From an uncultured Bacteroidota bacterium (GTDB lineage Bacteria > Bacteroidota > Ignavibacteria > UBA10030 > UBA6906): a stretch of 64,000 nt of DNA. The stretch covers positions 64,001 through 128,000 of the forward strand of contig CAVOYH010000003.1 in the NCBI GenBank assembly GCA_963700635.1, written 5' to 3'. Position 1 is the first letter of the stretch; each line of letters opens with the position of its first letter. The notes below the pieces were generated by a model. It saw only the letters and a program-made list of their open reading frames with translations. It was not told the DNA's origin and searched no databases. Shown here piece by piece: positions 31,484 through 42,603 of the stretch. The position numbers and the translations under genes were made by a program.

Positions 31484-31706
31484 CCCGGCCGACATCACGG
31501 GCCCGTACCGCCCTGACAGGTGATTCCTTTTCACACTGCTTCTCTGTTCGTCTTTCACAAGCTCCGGTATCATGACCGATCCATTACTGTCCAGAGTGTT
31601 CCTTCGTCCAGACAGGGCGTGCAAGAACCCGGCACACGGGGGCAGGTTCTTCAACGAGATGTCATCGTTGCTGGAATACCACTTCTGCAGCAGAGGAGAT
31701 GAATAA

Positions 31707-32798
31707 GTGGATACAAAAACGCTAAATGTCGCCATCCTCGGTCTTGGCCATCTGCATCCGAGGGGATACATGCCACTGTTTGAACAGTGTCCAAAGACCA
31801 GGGTCGTCGCGGCGTTTGACAAAGATCGGGCTTTGCTCGACGGTTTTTGCAGGGATTTTGGCATTCATGGTTATACCGACATCGGTGAACTTCTTGAACG
31901 TGAAACGATTCATATTGCCGCCGTCTTCCTGCCTCACAGCGATTGTGCCGATGCGGCCATCACATGTGCCCGCAAAGGTGTTCACTTGCTCATGGAAAAA
32001 CCCATCGCAAGAACTGCTGACGAGGTCAGGGGTATCGCTGAAGCGGTGAAGAAGAATGCCATAAAGATCACGACCGGCTATTGCTGGCGGTATCATCCGG
32101 TCATTAAAGCCATGAAAGACTGCATCGATCAGGATCTTATCGGCAGCATCGTCTCCGTTGAAGCACGACTGGCCGCAGGCAAAGTGGACAGATACATCAA
32201 GGGTAATGCACAATGGATGCTCGAAAAGGCTAAATCCGGCGGTGGTCCGATCTATAACCTGGGTGTCCACTGGATTGATTCACTCTGTTATGTGCTCACG
32301 GACACTATTACACAGGTCTGTGCGGTGAATACCAGGACCTCCGATCTGTATGACATTGAAGACAGCACCGTGGCAATGCTCACGTTTGGAAAGGGCGCCG
32401 TCGGAGTCCTGTCAACCAGCTACATCGTTCCGGATTGTTTTCCCAATGGCAGGGACCTCTACCTGGGAATCAAGGGGACCAAGGGTGTATTGAGTTATTC
32501 TCCGAAGTATGAAGGAGAACAGGGATCCAGCAGTACAGGGCAGACGGATATTCTGGAACTCTACAGCGACAGTGAGAACGTATCCGGCGCATCCGCGCGA
32601 AGGTTCATGTTTACTCTGGATAAGGTCAGCGGATATTCGGGCTATATGGGAAAAGCGTATCTTGACGGTTTTGTGGATGCTATTCTTGAAAACCGGGAAC
32701 CTTTTATCACGATACGCCAGGCCATCGATGTGTTGAACGTTGTTGATGCAATCTACAAATCAGACCAATCCAGAAGTTGGGTAAAGGTGCGGACATGA
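31707..32798 (+). CDS. Gfo/Idh/MocA oxidoreductase
   Basis: 'ILGLGH', 'MEKP', 'GGGPIYNLGVHWID'. Confidence 0.9.
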   Translation: MDTKTLNVAILGLGHLHPRGYMPLFEQCPKTRVVAAFDKDRALLDGFCRDFGIHGYTDIGELLERETIHIAAVFLPHSDCADAAITCARKGVHLLMEKPIARTADEVRGIAEAVKKNAIKITTGYCWRYHPVIKAMKDCIDQDLIGSIVSVEARLAAGKVDRYIKGNAQWMLEKAKSGGGPIYNLGVHWIDSLCYVLTDTITQVCAVNTRTSDLYDIEDSTVAMLTFGKGAVGVLSTSYIVPDCFPNGRDLYLGIKGTKGVLSYSPKYEGEQGSSSTGQTDILELYSDSENVSGASARRFMFTLDKVSGYSGYMGKAYLDGFVDAILENREPFITIRQAIDVLNVVDAIYKSDQSRSWVKVRT

Positions 32799-34111
32799 AT
32801 GCGATAAAAAGAGAAACAGAGATTCCGGGCCCCAAGAGCAAAGAGCTTATCAAGGAATGGCATACCTACGAAGCAGATGTGGTCGGCTATCAGGCTCAGG
32901 TTGTCTGGCAATCCGCAAAGGGCTGTGTGGTTACCGACGTCGATGGCAACAGCTATCTTGACTGGACATCCGGAGTACTGGTGACCAATGTCGGCCATTG
33001 CCACCCTCATCTTGTCAGTGCAGTGAACAAGGCCTCACAGGCGTTGTTAAACAACTATGAATGTGCCAACACCTGGCGGGTTGAGGCGGCCAGAAAGCTT
33101 GTGAAAGCGTTGCCAGGGCATCTGGACAAGTGCTTCTTCCTGAGCACCGGCGCAGAAGCAATTGAGGGCTCGTTACGGTTGATGAAGAGGAAAACCGGAA
33201 AATTTGAAATACTCAGTTTTGAGGGGGGATTTCATGGCAGAACACCCGGAGCAGCCACCGTGGGCGGCATGGCAGCCCCAAAACGTCAGTACGGGCCCAC
33301 CATACCGGGGAGTATCCGTGCTATCTACCCGAATCCGTACAGGGATGAACTCGGGTTGTGTGACAATCGCTCAGGATTCAAAAAATATTTTACCTATCTC
33401 GAGCAGGTGATATCTGCAAATTCGACGGGTTCTCTGGCGGGAGTTATCGTGGAGCCATACCAGGGGGCTGCCGGGTTTGTCTTTCCGCCAGAAGGCTGGT
33501 TGAAGAGGCTGTTTGAATGGACCAGAGCGAACGGCCTGCTGTTCACCCTCGATGAAGTCCAGTCATCGTACGGCAGAACGGGGACAATGTGGGCAATGGA
33601 CCATGACCGGATCCAGCCCGATATTGTCGCACTCGGTAAAGGTATTGGAAGCGGTGTCACTGTCGCTGCGATCGCGTCCACCACGGACATTTTTTCGTGC
33701 CTTAAGAAGGGGGAAATGAGCAGTACTTACGGAGGTAATCCGGTCGCAAATGCTGCGGTGATAGCGGTCCTTGAAATCTTTGAAAAAGAGAATCTTGTAG
33801 AACATGCAGCGCGCACGGGTGAATACATCAAAAAGGGCCTTACAGAGATTGCCGGTAAGTGCGCATACGTCGGTGACGTCCGGGGCCGCGGACTGGTTAT
33901 GGGAATTGAGTTCGTGAAGGATAAACGCACAAAAGATCCCGCGCCTGAACTTATTCGACCCGTGATTGACAGATGTGCGGAACGCGGCCTTCTCGTGGGT
34001 TCGGTCGGCACCTACGGTAATGTCATACGCGTCGCTCCCCCTCTGGTGATCACCAGAGAGCAGGCCGATGAGAGTCTGGCTGTTCTAGAACATGTACTCC
34101 TGAGTCTGTAG
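32795..34111 (+). CDS. Class III PLP aminotransferase (GabT/ArgD-like)
   Basis: 'DVDGNSYLD', 'TGAEAIE', 'FHGRT', 'DEVQSSYGRTG', 'LGKGIG', 'STYGGNP'. ATGA overlap with the upstream gene. Confidence 0.92.
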   Translation: MNAIKRETEIPGPKSKELIKEWHTYEADVVGYQAQVVWQSAKGCVVTDVDGNSYLDWTSGVLVTNVGHCHPHLVSAVNKASQALLNNYECANTWRVEAARKLVKALPGHLDKCFFLSTGAEAIEGSLRLMKRKTGKFEILSFEGGFHGRTPGAATVGGMAAPKRQYGPTIPGSIRAIYPNPYRDELGLCDNRSGFKKYFTYLEQVISANSTGSLAGVIVEPYQGAAGFVFPPEGWLKRLFEWTRANGLLFTLDEVQSSYGRTGTMWAMDHDRIQPDIVALGKGIGSGVTVAAIASTTDIFSCLKKGEMSSTYGGNPVANAAVIAVLEIFEKENLVEHAARTGEYIKKGLTEIAGKCAYVGDVRGRGLVMGIEFVKDKRTKDPAPELIRPVIDRCAERGLLVGSVGTYGNVIRVAPPLVITREQADESLAVLEHVLLSL

Positions 34112-34195
34112 TTGCTGCTCTACACATGATGTCTCCTCACCCACTGCGACACACAACAGTGGTATGTACCTCAACGGAAAAACCGGGACACACGT

Positions 34196-35263
34196 ATGGG
34201 AACAGATATAGGTTTTGGGATTGTTGGTGCGGGGCTCATCGCTCCATTTCACTTGCGTGCCATTCACGATGCCCGGGGCGGCAGGGCCATCGGGGTTTTT
34301 GATGTCTCCGGGGAACGGGCGGCGCAGATTGCGGAGAAGTTTGCCATCAAGACGTTCTCTTCACTCCGGGAGATGCTCGAAGAAAAGGCCGTGAACGTTG
34401 TCTGTGTGGCCACGCCGAATCACCTTCACGGGGATATTGTTCTTCGGGCTGCACAAGCGGGCAAACATGTGCTCACCGAAAAACCGCCTGCCATGAGTTT
34501 GAAAGAAACGGATACGATGATTGATGTTTGCAGGAAGGCCAATGTCAAATTCGGGTGTTTTGTCCAGTGCAGAGTCAGGGAAGCGATACAGGTTATGAAG
34601 TCTGCTGTTGATTCCGGCAGATTTGGAAAGCTCCTTCACGCGGATGCGTATATGAAGTGGTACAGGCCGCAGGAGTATTATACATCCGATGGATGGCGTG
34701 GCCAGAAACAGAGCGGCAGCGGCGTTACCGTCGCCCAGGGCTTTCACTATATCGATCTGCTGCAGTATCTCGTGGGACCCGCACGGACGGTCGATGCCAG
34801 AATGACAAACATCGGCCATCCGGGGATCAACCTTGAAGACGACGTCATGGCGCACCTCCAGTACGCGTGCGGGGCAGAGGGAGTTGTGCAATTGTCAACA
34901 GCCCTCTGGCCGGGAACGGATATCAGGATCGAACTCCACGGAACCAATGGCACTGCCGTTATGGCCGGGGAAAAGATTCAGACCTGGCAATTCCGGGACG
35001 AAGAACCCGAAGACGGGCAGAGACGGAGAATCGGTGATGTATCACAGGCCACAGGCGCAGGAGGGGCCGCGGACTTCGGCCATAGAGATCACACGGTTGT
35101 GGTGCAGGATATGATAGACTCGATACACGCGGACAGGGATGTTGTCATTCCGGTGCCATCCGTCAGACACACTCTGGAAATTGTTCTGGCAATGTACCAG
35201 TCCGCAAAGCACAAAACACCTGTCACGTTTCCGGTTGTCGATGATGATACCGTATGGAGCTGA
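34196..35263 (+). CDS. Gfo/Idh/MocA oxidoreductase
   Basis: 'VGAGLI', 'ATPNHLH', 'GKHVLTEKP', 'QGFHYIDL'. Confidence 0.9.
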   Translation: MGTDIGFGIVGAGLIAPFHLRAIHDARGGRAIGVFDVSGERAAQIAEKFAIKTFSSLREMLEEKAVNVVCVATPNHLHGDIVLRAAQAGKHVLTEKPPAMSLKETDTMIDVCRKANVKFGCFVQCRVREAIQVMKSAVDSGRFGKLLHADAYMKWYRPQEYYTSDGWRGQKQSGSGVTVAQGFHYIDLLQYLVGPARTVDARMTNIGHPGINLEDDVMAHLQYACGAEGVVQLSTALWPGTDIRIELHGTNGTAVMAGEKIQTWQFRDEEPEDGQRRRIGDVSQATGAGGAADFGHRDHTVVVQDMIDSIHADRDVVIPVPSVRHTLEIVLAMYQSAKHKTPVTFPVVDDDTVWS

Positions 35264-36304
35264 TCAGAAAAGAAACATCCCCTTGAGTGCCTGCCGCGCC
35301 AGAAGCGCATCGAAGAGTGCCTGCCACTGATCAATCGACCCTTTGTGACTGATCAGTCGGTCGTGCGGAATCAGACCGGTGTTCAGGATGCGGATCGCCC
35401 GATCCCATGACTCATACCGTGTTGAAACATTAAACAGATAGCGCACGGACTTCATCATAAATGCATCATATGGGAATTCGACTCCCGGTTTCCCCGTCAG
35501 TCCGATTGCGGTGACCGTTCCCAGCTTCCTGATGATCTGTGCACCGGTCTGTAGTGCGGCGGGTGCGCCGGATGCCTCAATGAACAGATCGACTCCGCGT
35601 CCGGACGTCACGTCGCGCACGAGCGCAACAAGGTCGTCCTTCTGAACATTGACAACGTGGTCAATTGCGGAAAGGGAGCGGCAGAGGCTCAACCGTATTT
35701 CCTCATCATCATCTACACCGAAGATGATCACGGTGGATGCGCCCGCATGTTTTGCCACAAGCGCAGCCATGATGCCGATAGGACCGGGTCCGGCCACAGC
35801 CACAACATCGCCGGCCATGACTGTCTGGGGAAGCACAACGTCAGTGACGACATTGGCGAGAGGTTCCGTCAGGGCCGCTGCCGGAAAATCAAGTCCGTCG
35901 GGTAAGCGGTGAAGAAGCCCCGGTTCCGGCCATCGCATCTGCGATGCAAATGCACCGTCGATACCCCAGCCGGGGGATCGTTTCTGGGGACAGATCTGCC
36001 TGTTGCCTGTCCTGCACAGGGCACACACGCCACAGGCCATCGTGTGGGGCTCGCCCACAACTCGATCACCCACCGCCCAACCCTGTACAGCGCTGCCGAC
36101 CGCGGCAATCGTCCCGCTGAATTCATGTCCGAGTATCACAGGCGGGTAATACGGAAACTCGTCATGGTAGATGTGGAGATCGGTGCCACAGATCCCACAC
36201 GCCTTTACATCAATCAGAACTTCCGATTCGCCTGGTGACGGCGACGGAACATCCCTGACCTCGATGAACCCCTTCCCCTTCTTCGTCTTTACGAGCGCCC
36301 GCAT
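35264..36304 (-). CDS. Zinc-dependent alcohol/polyol dehydrogenase (MDR)
   Basis: 'CGTDLH', 'GHEFSG', 'CGVCALC...C', 'GPGPIG'. Confidence 0.92.
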   Translation of the reverse strand: MRALVKTKKGKGFIEVRDVPSPSPGESEVLIDVKACGICGTDLHIYHDEFPYYPPVILGHEFSGTIAAVGSAVQGWAVGDRVVGEPHTMACGVCALCRTGNRQICPQKRSPGWGIDGAFASQMRWPEPGLLHRLPDGLDFPAAALTEPLANVVTDVVLPQTVMAGDVVAVAGPGPIGIMAALVAKHAGASTVIIFGVDDDEEIRLSLCRSLSAIDHVVNVQKDDLVALVRDVTSGRGVDLFIEASGAPAALQTGAQIIRKLGTVTAIGLTGKPGVEFPYDAFMMKSVRYLFNVSTRYESWDRAIRILNTGLIPHDRLISHKGSIDQWQALFDALLARQALKGMFLF

Positions 36305-36314
36305 TGATCCTCCG

Positions 36315-37577
36315 CTATGTCGTTGAGAACCCGCACCACCGTTCCAGGAATCTCAACAAGGTTTTTGCTGTCTCTTTGATTTCCGCCACCGCGATCTGTT
36401 CTTCGTTCGAATGGGCATATTTGAGACTGCCGGCGCCCATGACCACCGTGGGGATGTTCAGGAGCGCATAACGCCACGCGTCACATGCCGCGGTCATTGC
36501 CGAGACCTCCATCGGCACACCTGTATCGCCTGCAGCAGCCATCAATTCCTGCACGAGGTGATGGTCCGGCGGAAGTTCGTTTCCTTCGTTGTTCAGCATG
36601 GTAAACTGAATCTCGAAGTGTTCACGAAGGTACGGATGGGGAGAATTCCGGATAGCATCGATCATCCCCTGCTGCACCGCTCCGACATTGGTATTCGGGA
36701 GGAAACCAAAGACCCCTTTTATCGAGGCAGTCCCCGGCGCGGTTGCGGGCCAGTCGCCCGCGTGCAGCATGCCGAACGTCACCGGCATCGGATTGTCGTA
36801 AACATCAAACAGCGGGTTGAACCCTCTGGATCCGGCAAGAAGCCTGTCGTGATACTCCTCAAGCACACTCATCGCTTTTACCGCCTCTTTCAGGGCGCTG
36901 ACTACATCGGATGCGCGTCCGCTATGCCCGGGCTTCCCGCGGCAAATCACTTCAAACCACACCGCGCCACGGACAGCCGCGAAAATCTTCCTCTCCGAAG
37001 CCTCAAGGACGATTGCTCCGTCGGCAGCAACCGGGTGGCGCACCATGAACAGCGTGCCGTTTCCGCCGTTTTCTTCTTCGACCACGATATCGGCGGTCAC
37101 TGTTCCCCGCGGCCGAAGGCGGAGTTTCTTCAACGCCGAGAGCAGAAGATGGATGACGGCGATCTGCCCCTTGTCGTCGCACGCCCCGCGCCCGTACACA
37201 ACTCCTTCACGCACGGTCGGCTGGAATGCGTTTTCCTGATTCCTCGAGGGAGGGACCACGTCGCTGTGGGCATTCAGGATCAGGCTGCGGGAATTGGCCG
37301 GCGAAGTCCCGGCCAGTGTAAGACGCAGATTCTGTGTATCCTCATACGTGAGGCCCGGCAGAGGCCAACTGTACATGGGGTCGTCTTTGAACGACTCGGG
37401 TATCTGCATGAGTTCAACGTTCGTGCAGAGTCCTTTCATTCGTTCCGCGACCAGCCTGTTCACCGGACCTTCGTTCCCGCGGATGGAAGGAATTCGTATC
37501 AGGTCGCAGAGAAAGTCGGTCGTTTCGCCGGCGAGTGCGTCAATTGTTTCGTTGAGGATCTGATTGTCGAGCGGCAT
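36315..37577 (-). CDS. M20 metallo-amidohydrolase (ArgE/DapE-like deacylase)
   Basis: 'NAHSDVVP', 'YGRGACDDKG', 'EEENGG', 'AHSNEE'. Confidence 0.9.
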   Translation of the reverse strand: MPLDNQILNETIDALAGETTDFLCDLIRIPSIRGNEGPVNRLVAERMKGLCTNVELMQIPESFKDDPMYSWPLPGLTYEDTQNLRLTLAGTSPANSRSLILNAHSDVVPPSRNQENAFQPTVREGVVYGRGACDDKGQIAVIHLLLSALKKLRLRPRGTVTADIVVEEENGGNGTLFMVRHPVAADGAIVLEASERKIFAAVRGAVWFEVICRGKPGHSGRASDVVSALKEAVKAMSVLEEYHDRLLAGSRGFNPLFDVYDNPMPVTFGMLHAGDWPATAPGTASIKGVFGFLPNTNVGAVQQGMIDAIRNSPHPYLREHFEIQFTMLNNEGNELPPDHHLVQELMAAAGDTGVPMEVSAMTAACDAWRYALLNIPTVVMGAGSLKYAHSNEEQIAVAEIKETAKTLLRFLERWCGFSTT

Positions 37578-37581
37578 TCCA

Positions 37582-38574
37582 TCACCCCTTCGAGTCGACG
37601 TTGTTGATCGGGAATCTGGGAGGACGCCCCCCGAGGAAGCGCCGGATATCTTCCAGAATCTTTTCGCGGATACTCAGGCCTGAATCTTCGGAATACCAGC
37701 CCAGGTGTGGAGTGAGAATGAGGTTGGGAATGCCCCGCAAAACGAAACTATCTTCCGGTGGTTCCTTTTCAAACACGTCGATCCCGGCCCCTGCGATCCA
37801 GCCTTCTTTGCATGCCCGGGCGAGAGCTTCGGCATTCACAATGGCGCCCCGTGCGGTGTTCACAAGCACCGCCGTGGGTTTCATCATGCGGAGCTCCTTT
37901 TCACCGATCATATATTTTGTCTCGTGATTGAGAGCCGGATGGATCGTCACCATATCCGCTTCCCGGAGAACCTCCTCGAGAGGCTTGCACCGGATGCCGA
38001 GTTCCTCCTGCCTCCGTTCGCTCAGATAAGGGTCGTACACCATGACATCGATCCCGAAACCCCGGAGCATTCCGACCACGAGACTCCCGATCCGGCCGCA
38101 CCCCACGATGCCCGCTTTGGTTCCCGAGAACCGATGGATCGCGCCCACGCTGCTGAAATCCCACTGTCCCTTTCTGACCGAAACCTCAAGGGATTCCTGC
38201 TGTCGAGTGAACTTACGGCGACAGACCAGGAGGAGCATCATCGCCTGCTCGGCAACTTCTTCCCGGCAATAGTCGGGAACGTAGCAGACCTGGATGCCAT
38301 GTTCCGTGGCCGCGGGCACATCGATGTTATCATACCCAACGCCGTGACGGATAATAAGTTTGCAAGCGCGCAAATTCTGAATGACTTCGCGGTCTATCTT
38401 TACCATATTGACAACCAGAGCATCCGCATCGCCGATCCGGGCAAGCAGATTGTCGCGGGAGGCGGATTTAAGTTGCAGAGCTTCGAATGTGACGGCAGAA
38501 CCCGCGAGTTGTTCCCGTTCCCATTCCAGATCCGGCTCAATGTAGTCCGTGACGACGATTTTTGCTGTTTTCAT
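37582..38574 (-). CDS. D-2-hydroxyacid dehydrogenase (CtBP-like)
   Basis: 'RHGVGYDNID', 'GCGRIG', 'NTARG', 'DVFEKEP', 'TPHLGW'. Confidence 0.92.
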   Translation of the reverse strand: MKTAKIVVTDYIEPDLEWEREQLAGSAVTFEALQLKSASRDNLLARIGDADALVVNMVKIDREVIQNLRACKLIIRHGVGYDNIDVPAATEHGIQVCYVPDYCREEVAEQAMMLLLVCRRKFTRQQESLEVSVRKGQWDFSSVGAIHRFSGTKAGIVGCGRIGSLVVGMLRGFGIDVMVYDPYLSERRQEELGIRCKPLEEVLREADMVTIHPALNHETKYMIGEKELRMMKPTAVLVNTARGAIVNAEALARACKEGWIAGAGIDVFEKEPPEDSFVLRGIPNLILTPHLGWYSEDSGLSIREKILEDIRRFLGGRPPRFPINNVDSKG

Positions 38575-38678
38575 TACTATCCTATCGTTAGACGTGGTGC
38601 ACTTCGCGAGTACAAGATAATGAATTCAATCTGAAATCGGTACTTCTGAGCTCAGGTAATCCGCAGGTATGTTGAGTT

Positions 38679-40576
<1,898 letters not shown>

Positions 40577-40577
40577 C

Positions 40578-40611
40578 AAAAAAAATGGTCCGGCAATACA
40601 TGCCGAACCAT
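40578..40611 (-). terminator. Intrinsic terminator of the CBS gene and intron target site
   Basis: ATGGTTCGGCA-TGTAT-TGCCGGACCAT followed by T7. Confidence 0.85.
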
Positions 40612-40673
40612 TCGAGATCCGTATGTGGCGTCCTGTCTCATACGGCCTTTCGATTGTGTATTGACGGGGCTCC

Positions 40674-41108
40674 TTACGAGGACCCTCGAATATACGACTC
40701 GAGGTATTTTATCAACTGTTTCTGTTCAGAAATCACAGCCTTTACCACATCGCCTATGGAAATCACACCGACAAGTCTTTTTCCATCCACCACGGGCAGG
40801 TGCCGAACACGCTTATCCGTCATGAGGGTCATACATTCGCCTATTGACTGGCCCGGACTCACCGTTACGATTTCAGATGTCATAACTTTCCCGACAGGGG
40901 TGTTGCGGGACGATTGTCCGTGCAGCACCACTTTTCGGGCATAGTCACGTTCCGAAAAAATACCGAGGACATCTTCGCCGACCATCACCACGAGCGCTCC
41001 GATGTTCGATTTCGCCATCAACGCAAGCGCATCAAACACAGCGGCATCGGGTCCGATGGACAAGATGGCATGCCCCTTTACCTGCAAGATGTTTTCGACA
41101 GTTGTCAT
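40674..41108 (-). CDS. Stand-alone CBS-pair protein
   Basis: 'IGALVV', '[12 protein letters not shown]', 'RVRHLPVV', '[11 protein letters not shown]'. Confidence 0.92.
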   Translation of the reverse strand: MTTVENILQVKGHAILSIGPDAAVFDALALMAKSNIGALVVMVGEDVLGIFSERDYARKVVLHGQSSRNTPVGKVMTSEIVTVSPGQSIGECMTLMTDKRVRHLPVVDGKRLVGVISIGDVVKAVISEQKQLIKYLESYIRGSS

Positions 41109-41308
41109 ATGCTCTCTCCTCCGTACGCACTCCTACCCTGAACAATCATGAACGGTAGTCATGCGCCTTGAGCCAGCAGCCGGGCTGAAACCTGAATAGT
41201 CGTCAGGTTTGTCCCTCAAAAGTCTGCCGGCGGTTCAAAACCGGTGAGTTCCTGTGCCTGAAGGTCTCCTCAATACGGCACGCTCCCGACGATGAACTCA
41301 CTCTAAGG

Positions 41309-42241
41309 CTACTTCAACAACAAAAGTCTTCGGGTCTGAACGAAGGTCTGACCCGAGCCACCCAACTCTGAACTTGAGCCCGATCCAATCGCGGGGTTTA
41401 CCGATGAAGCAACCGCTTGCAGCCGGTAGAAGTACATTCCGGACGGCAATGATGTTGCATTAAATTTCACCTGATATGATCCGGGGGGTTCCTGCTCATT
41501 CACGAGCGTGGCCACTTCCTGGCCGAGCGGGTTGTAGATGGAGAGCCGGACGAACGCAGCCTCTGGCAAGTCATACCGGATAGATGTTTCCGGGTTGAAC
41601 GGGTTGGGGTAGTTCTGCTCCAGGGCGAAGCTCGTCGGCCTGATCGGCCCGTCACCCACCGCGGTTGCAGTCCCCTCAAACGCGAGATCGTCGATGACAA
41701 AAGCTGTCCCGACGTGCAGCGTGTCGTTCAGACCGGGCTCAATGATGGCCCAGAACCAGGCCGTATCGGGGCTCTGAGGACTGTAGTAGTCCAGCGGCAG
41801 GCTGAATTTCGTGTATGGCGTCACACTCGTCGCTGTCCCGAATTCACCTGATGCCACCGGGACGAGGAGCGATGCTTTAAACAGTTCCACAAACATGACC
41901 AGCGAGTCCTTTGACGCCGACGTGAATTTGTAGTACCCCGTGAGTGCACCCGGACGCTGCGTGTACGGAAACAGTCCCCAGAGGTAGGGCGGGTACGTCC
42001 CGATTCCGAGAACGTCCACAACTTCTCCTCTCACGGCAAAGGAGCCTGTACGGGCATCGGTCGACTTGGTGATCCCGAGGGCTAGTCCGGGGAGATTCCC
42101 CGTGACCCAGCCGGTGGGAGTATCGAATGGAGGCGTGCCTGTCCAGCTCTCGAACCCCGGATTAGGGATCTGGGCGTTTGCGGATCCCCAGAAGAATGTT
42201 AGAACCAGAAAGAACAAAGTCGGACCAATGATTCGTTTCAT
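41309..42241 (-). CDS. Secreted protein with carbohydrate-binding-like domain and T9SS-type C-terminal domain
   Basis: Signal peptide ANA/QIPNPGFESW; 'IDDLAF'; 'QNYPNPFNPET'; AGGAGG before ATG 42241. Confidence 0.8.
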   Translation of the reverse strand: MKRIIGPTLFFLVLTFFWGSANAQIPNPGFESWTGTPPFDTPTGWVTGNLPGLALGITKSTDARTGSFAVRGEVVDVLGIGTYPPYLWGLFPYTQRPGALTGYYKFTSASKDSLVMFVELFKASLLVPVASGEFGTATSVTPYTKFSLPLDYYSPQSPDTAWFWAIIEPGLNDTLHVGTAFVIDDLAFEGTATAVGDGPIRPTSFALEQNYPNPFNPETSIRYDLPEAAFVRLSIYNPLGQEVATLVNEQEPPGSYQVKFNATSLPSGMYFYRLQAVASSVNPAIGSGSSSELGGSGQTFVQTRRLLLLK

Positions 42242-42350
42242 ACATCCTCCTGTGGTTAGAAAGAACAAAAATTTCCCCGGCCTGCGCTCCAGAACAAACG
42301 GATCCAGGCGGGGGTTCCCGTATCCCGGGCATATCGGAGTTGTTTGTCTG

Positions 42351-42379
42351 AATATAAGCACTACGGCGAAGGTTGTCAA
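42351..42379 (-). promoter_or_regulatory. Sigma70 promoter
   Basis: TTGACA-N17-TATATT on the minus strand. Confidence 0.65.
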
Positions 42380-42603
42380 GGGAAAAAATCGCAGGTGGTC
42401 ACACCTCTTCTCCAGAATCTGGATCAGGATATCAGGCCACGCCGGGTCATACCTGCACAGATGCAGGATATTGGACAAGCCCGGTCCGTCTGTGGCGGGA
42501 CTGGTTCGAAAACCCCAGATATCTCGATGGGACTCTTCTGGCAGAAGATTTGCATCTCCTCGGATGTCATCCGTTGGATGAGAACTAAAACATGGAGACC
42601 CCT

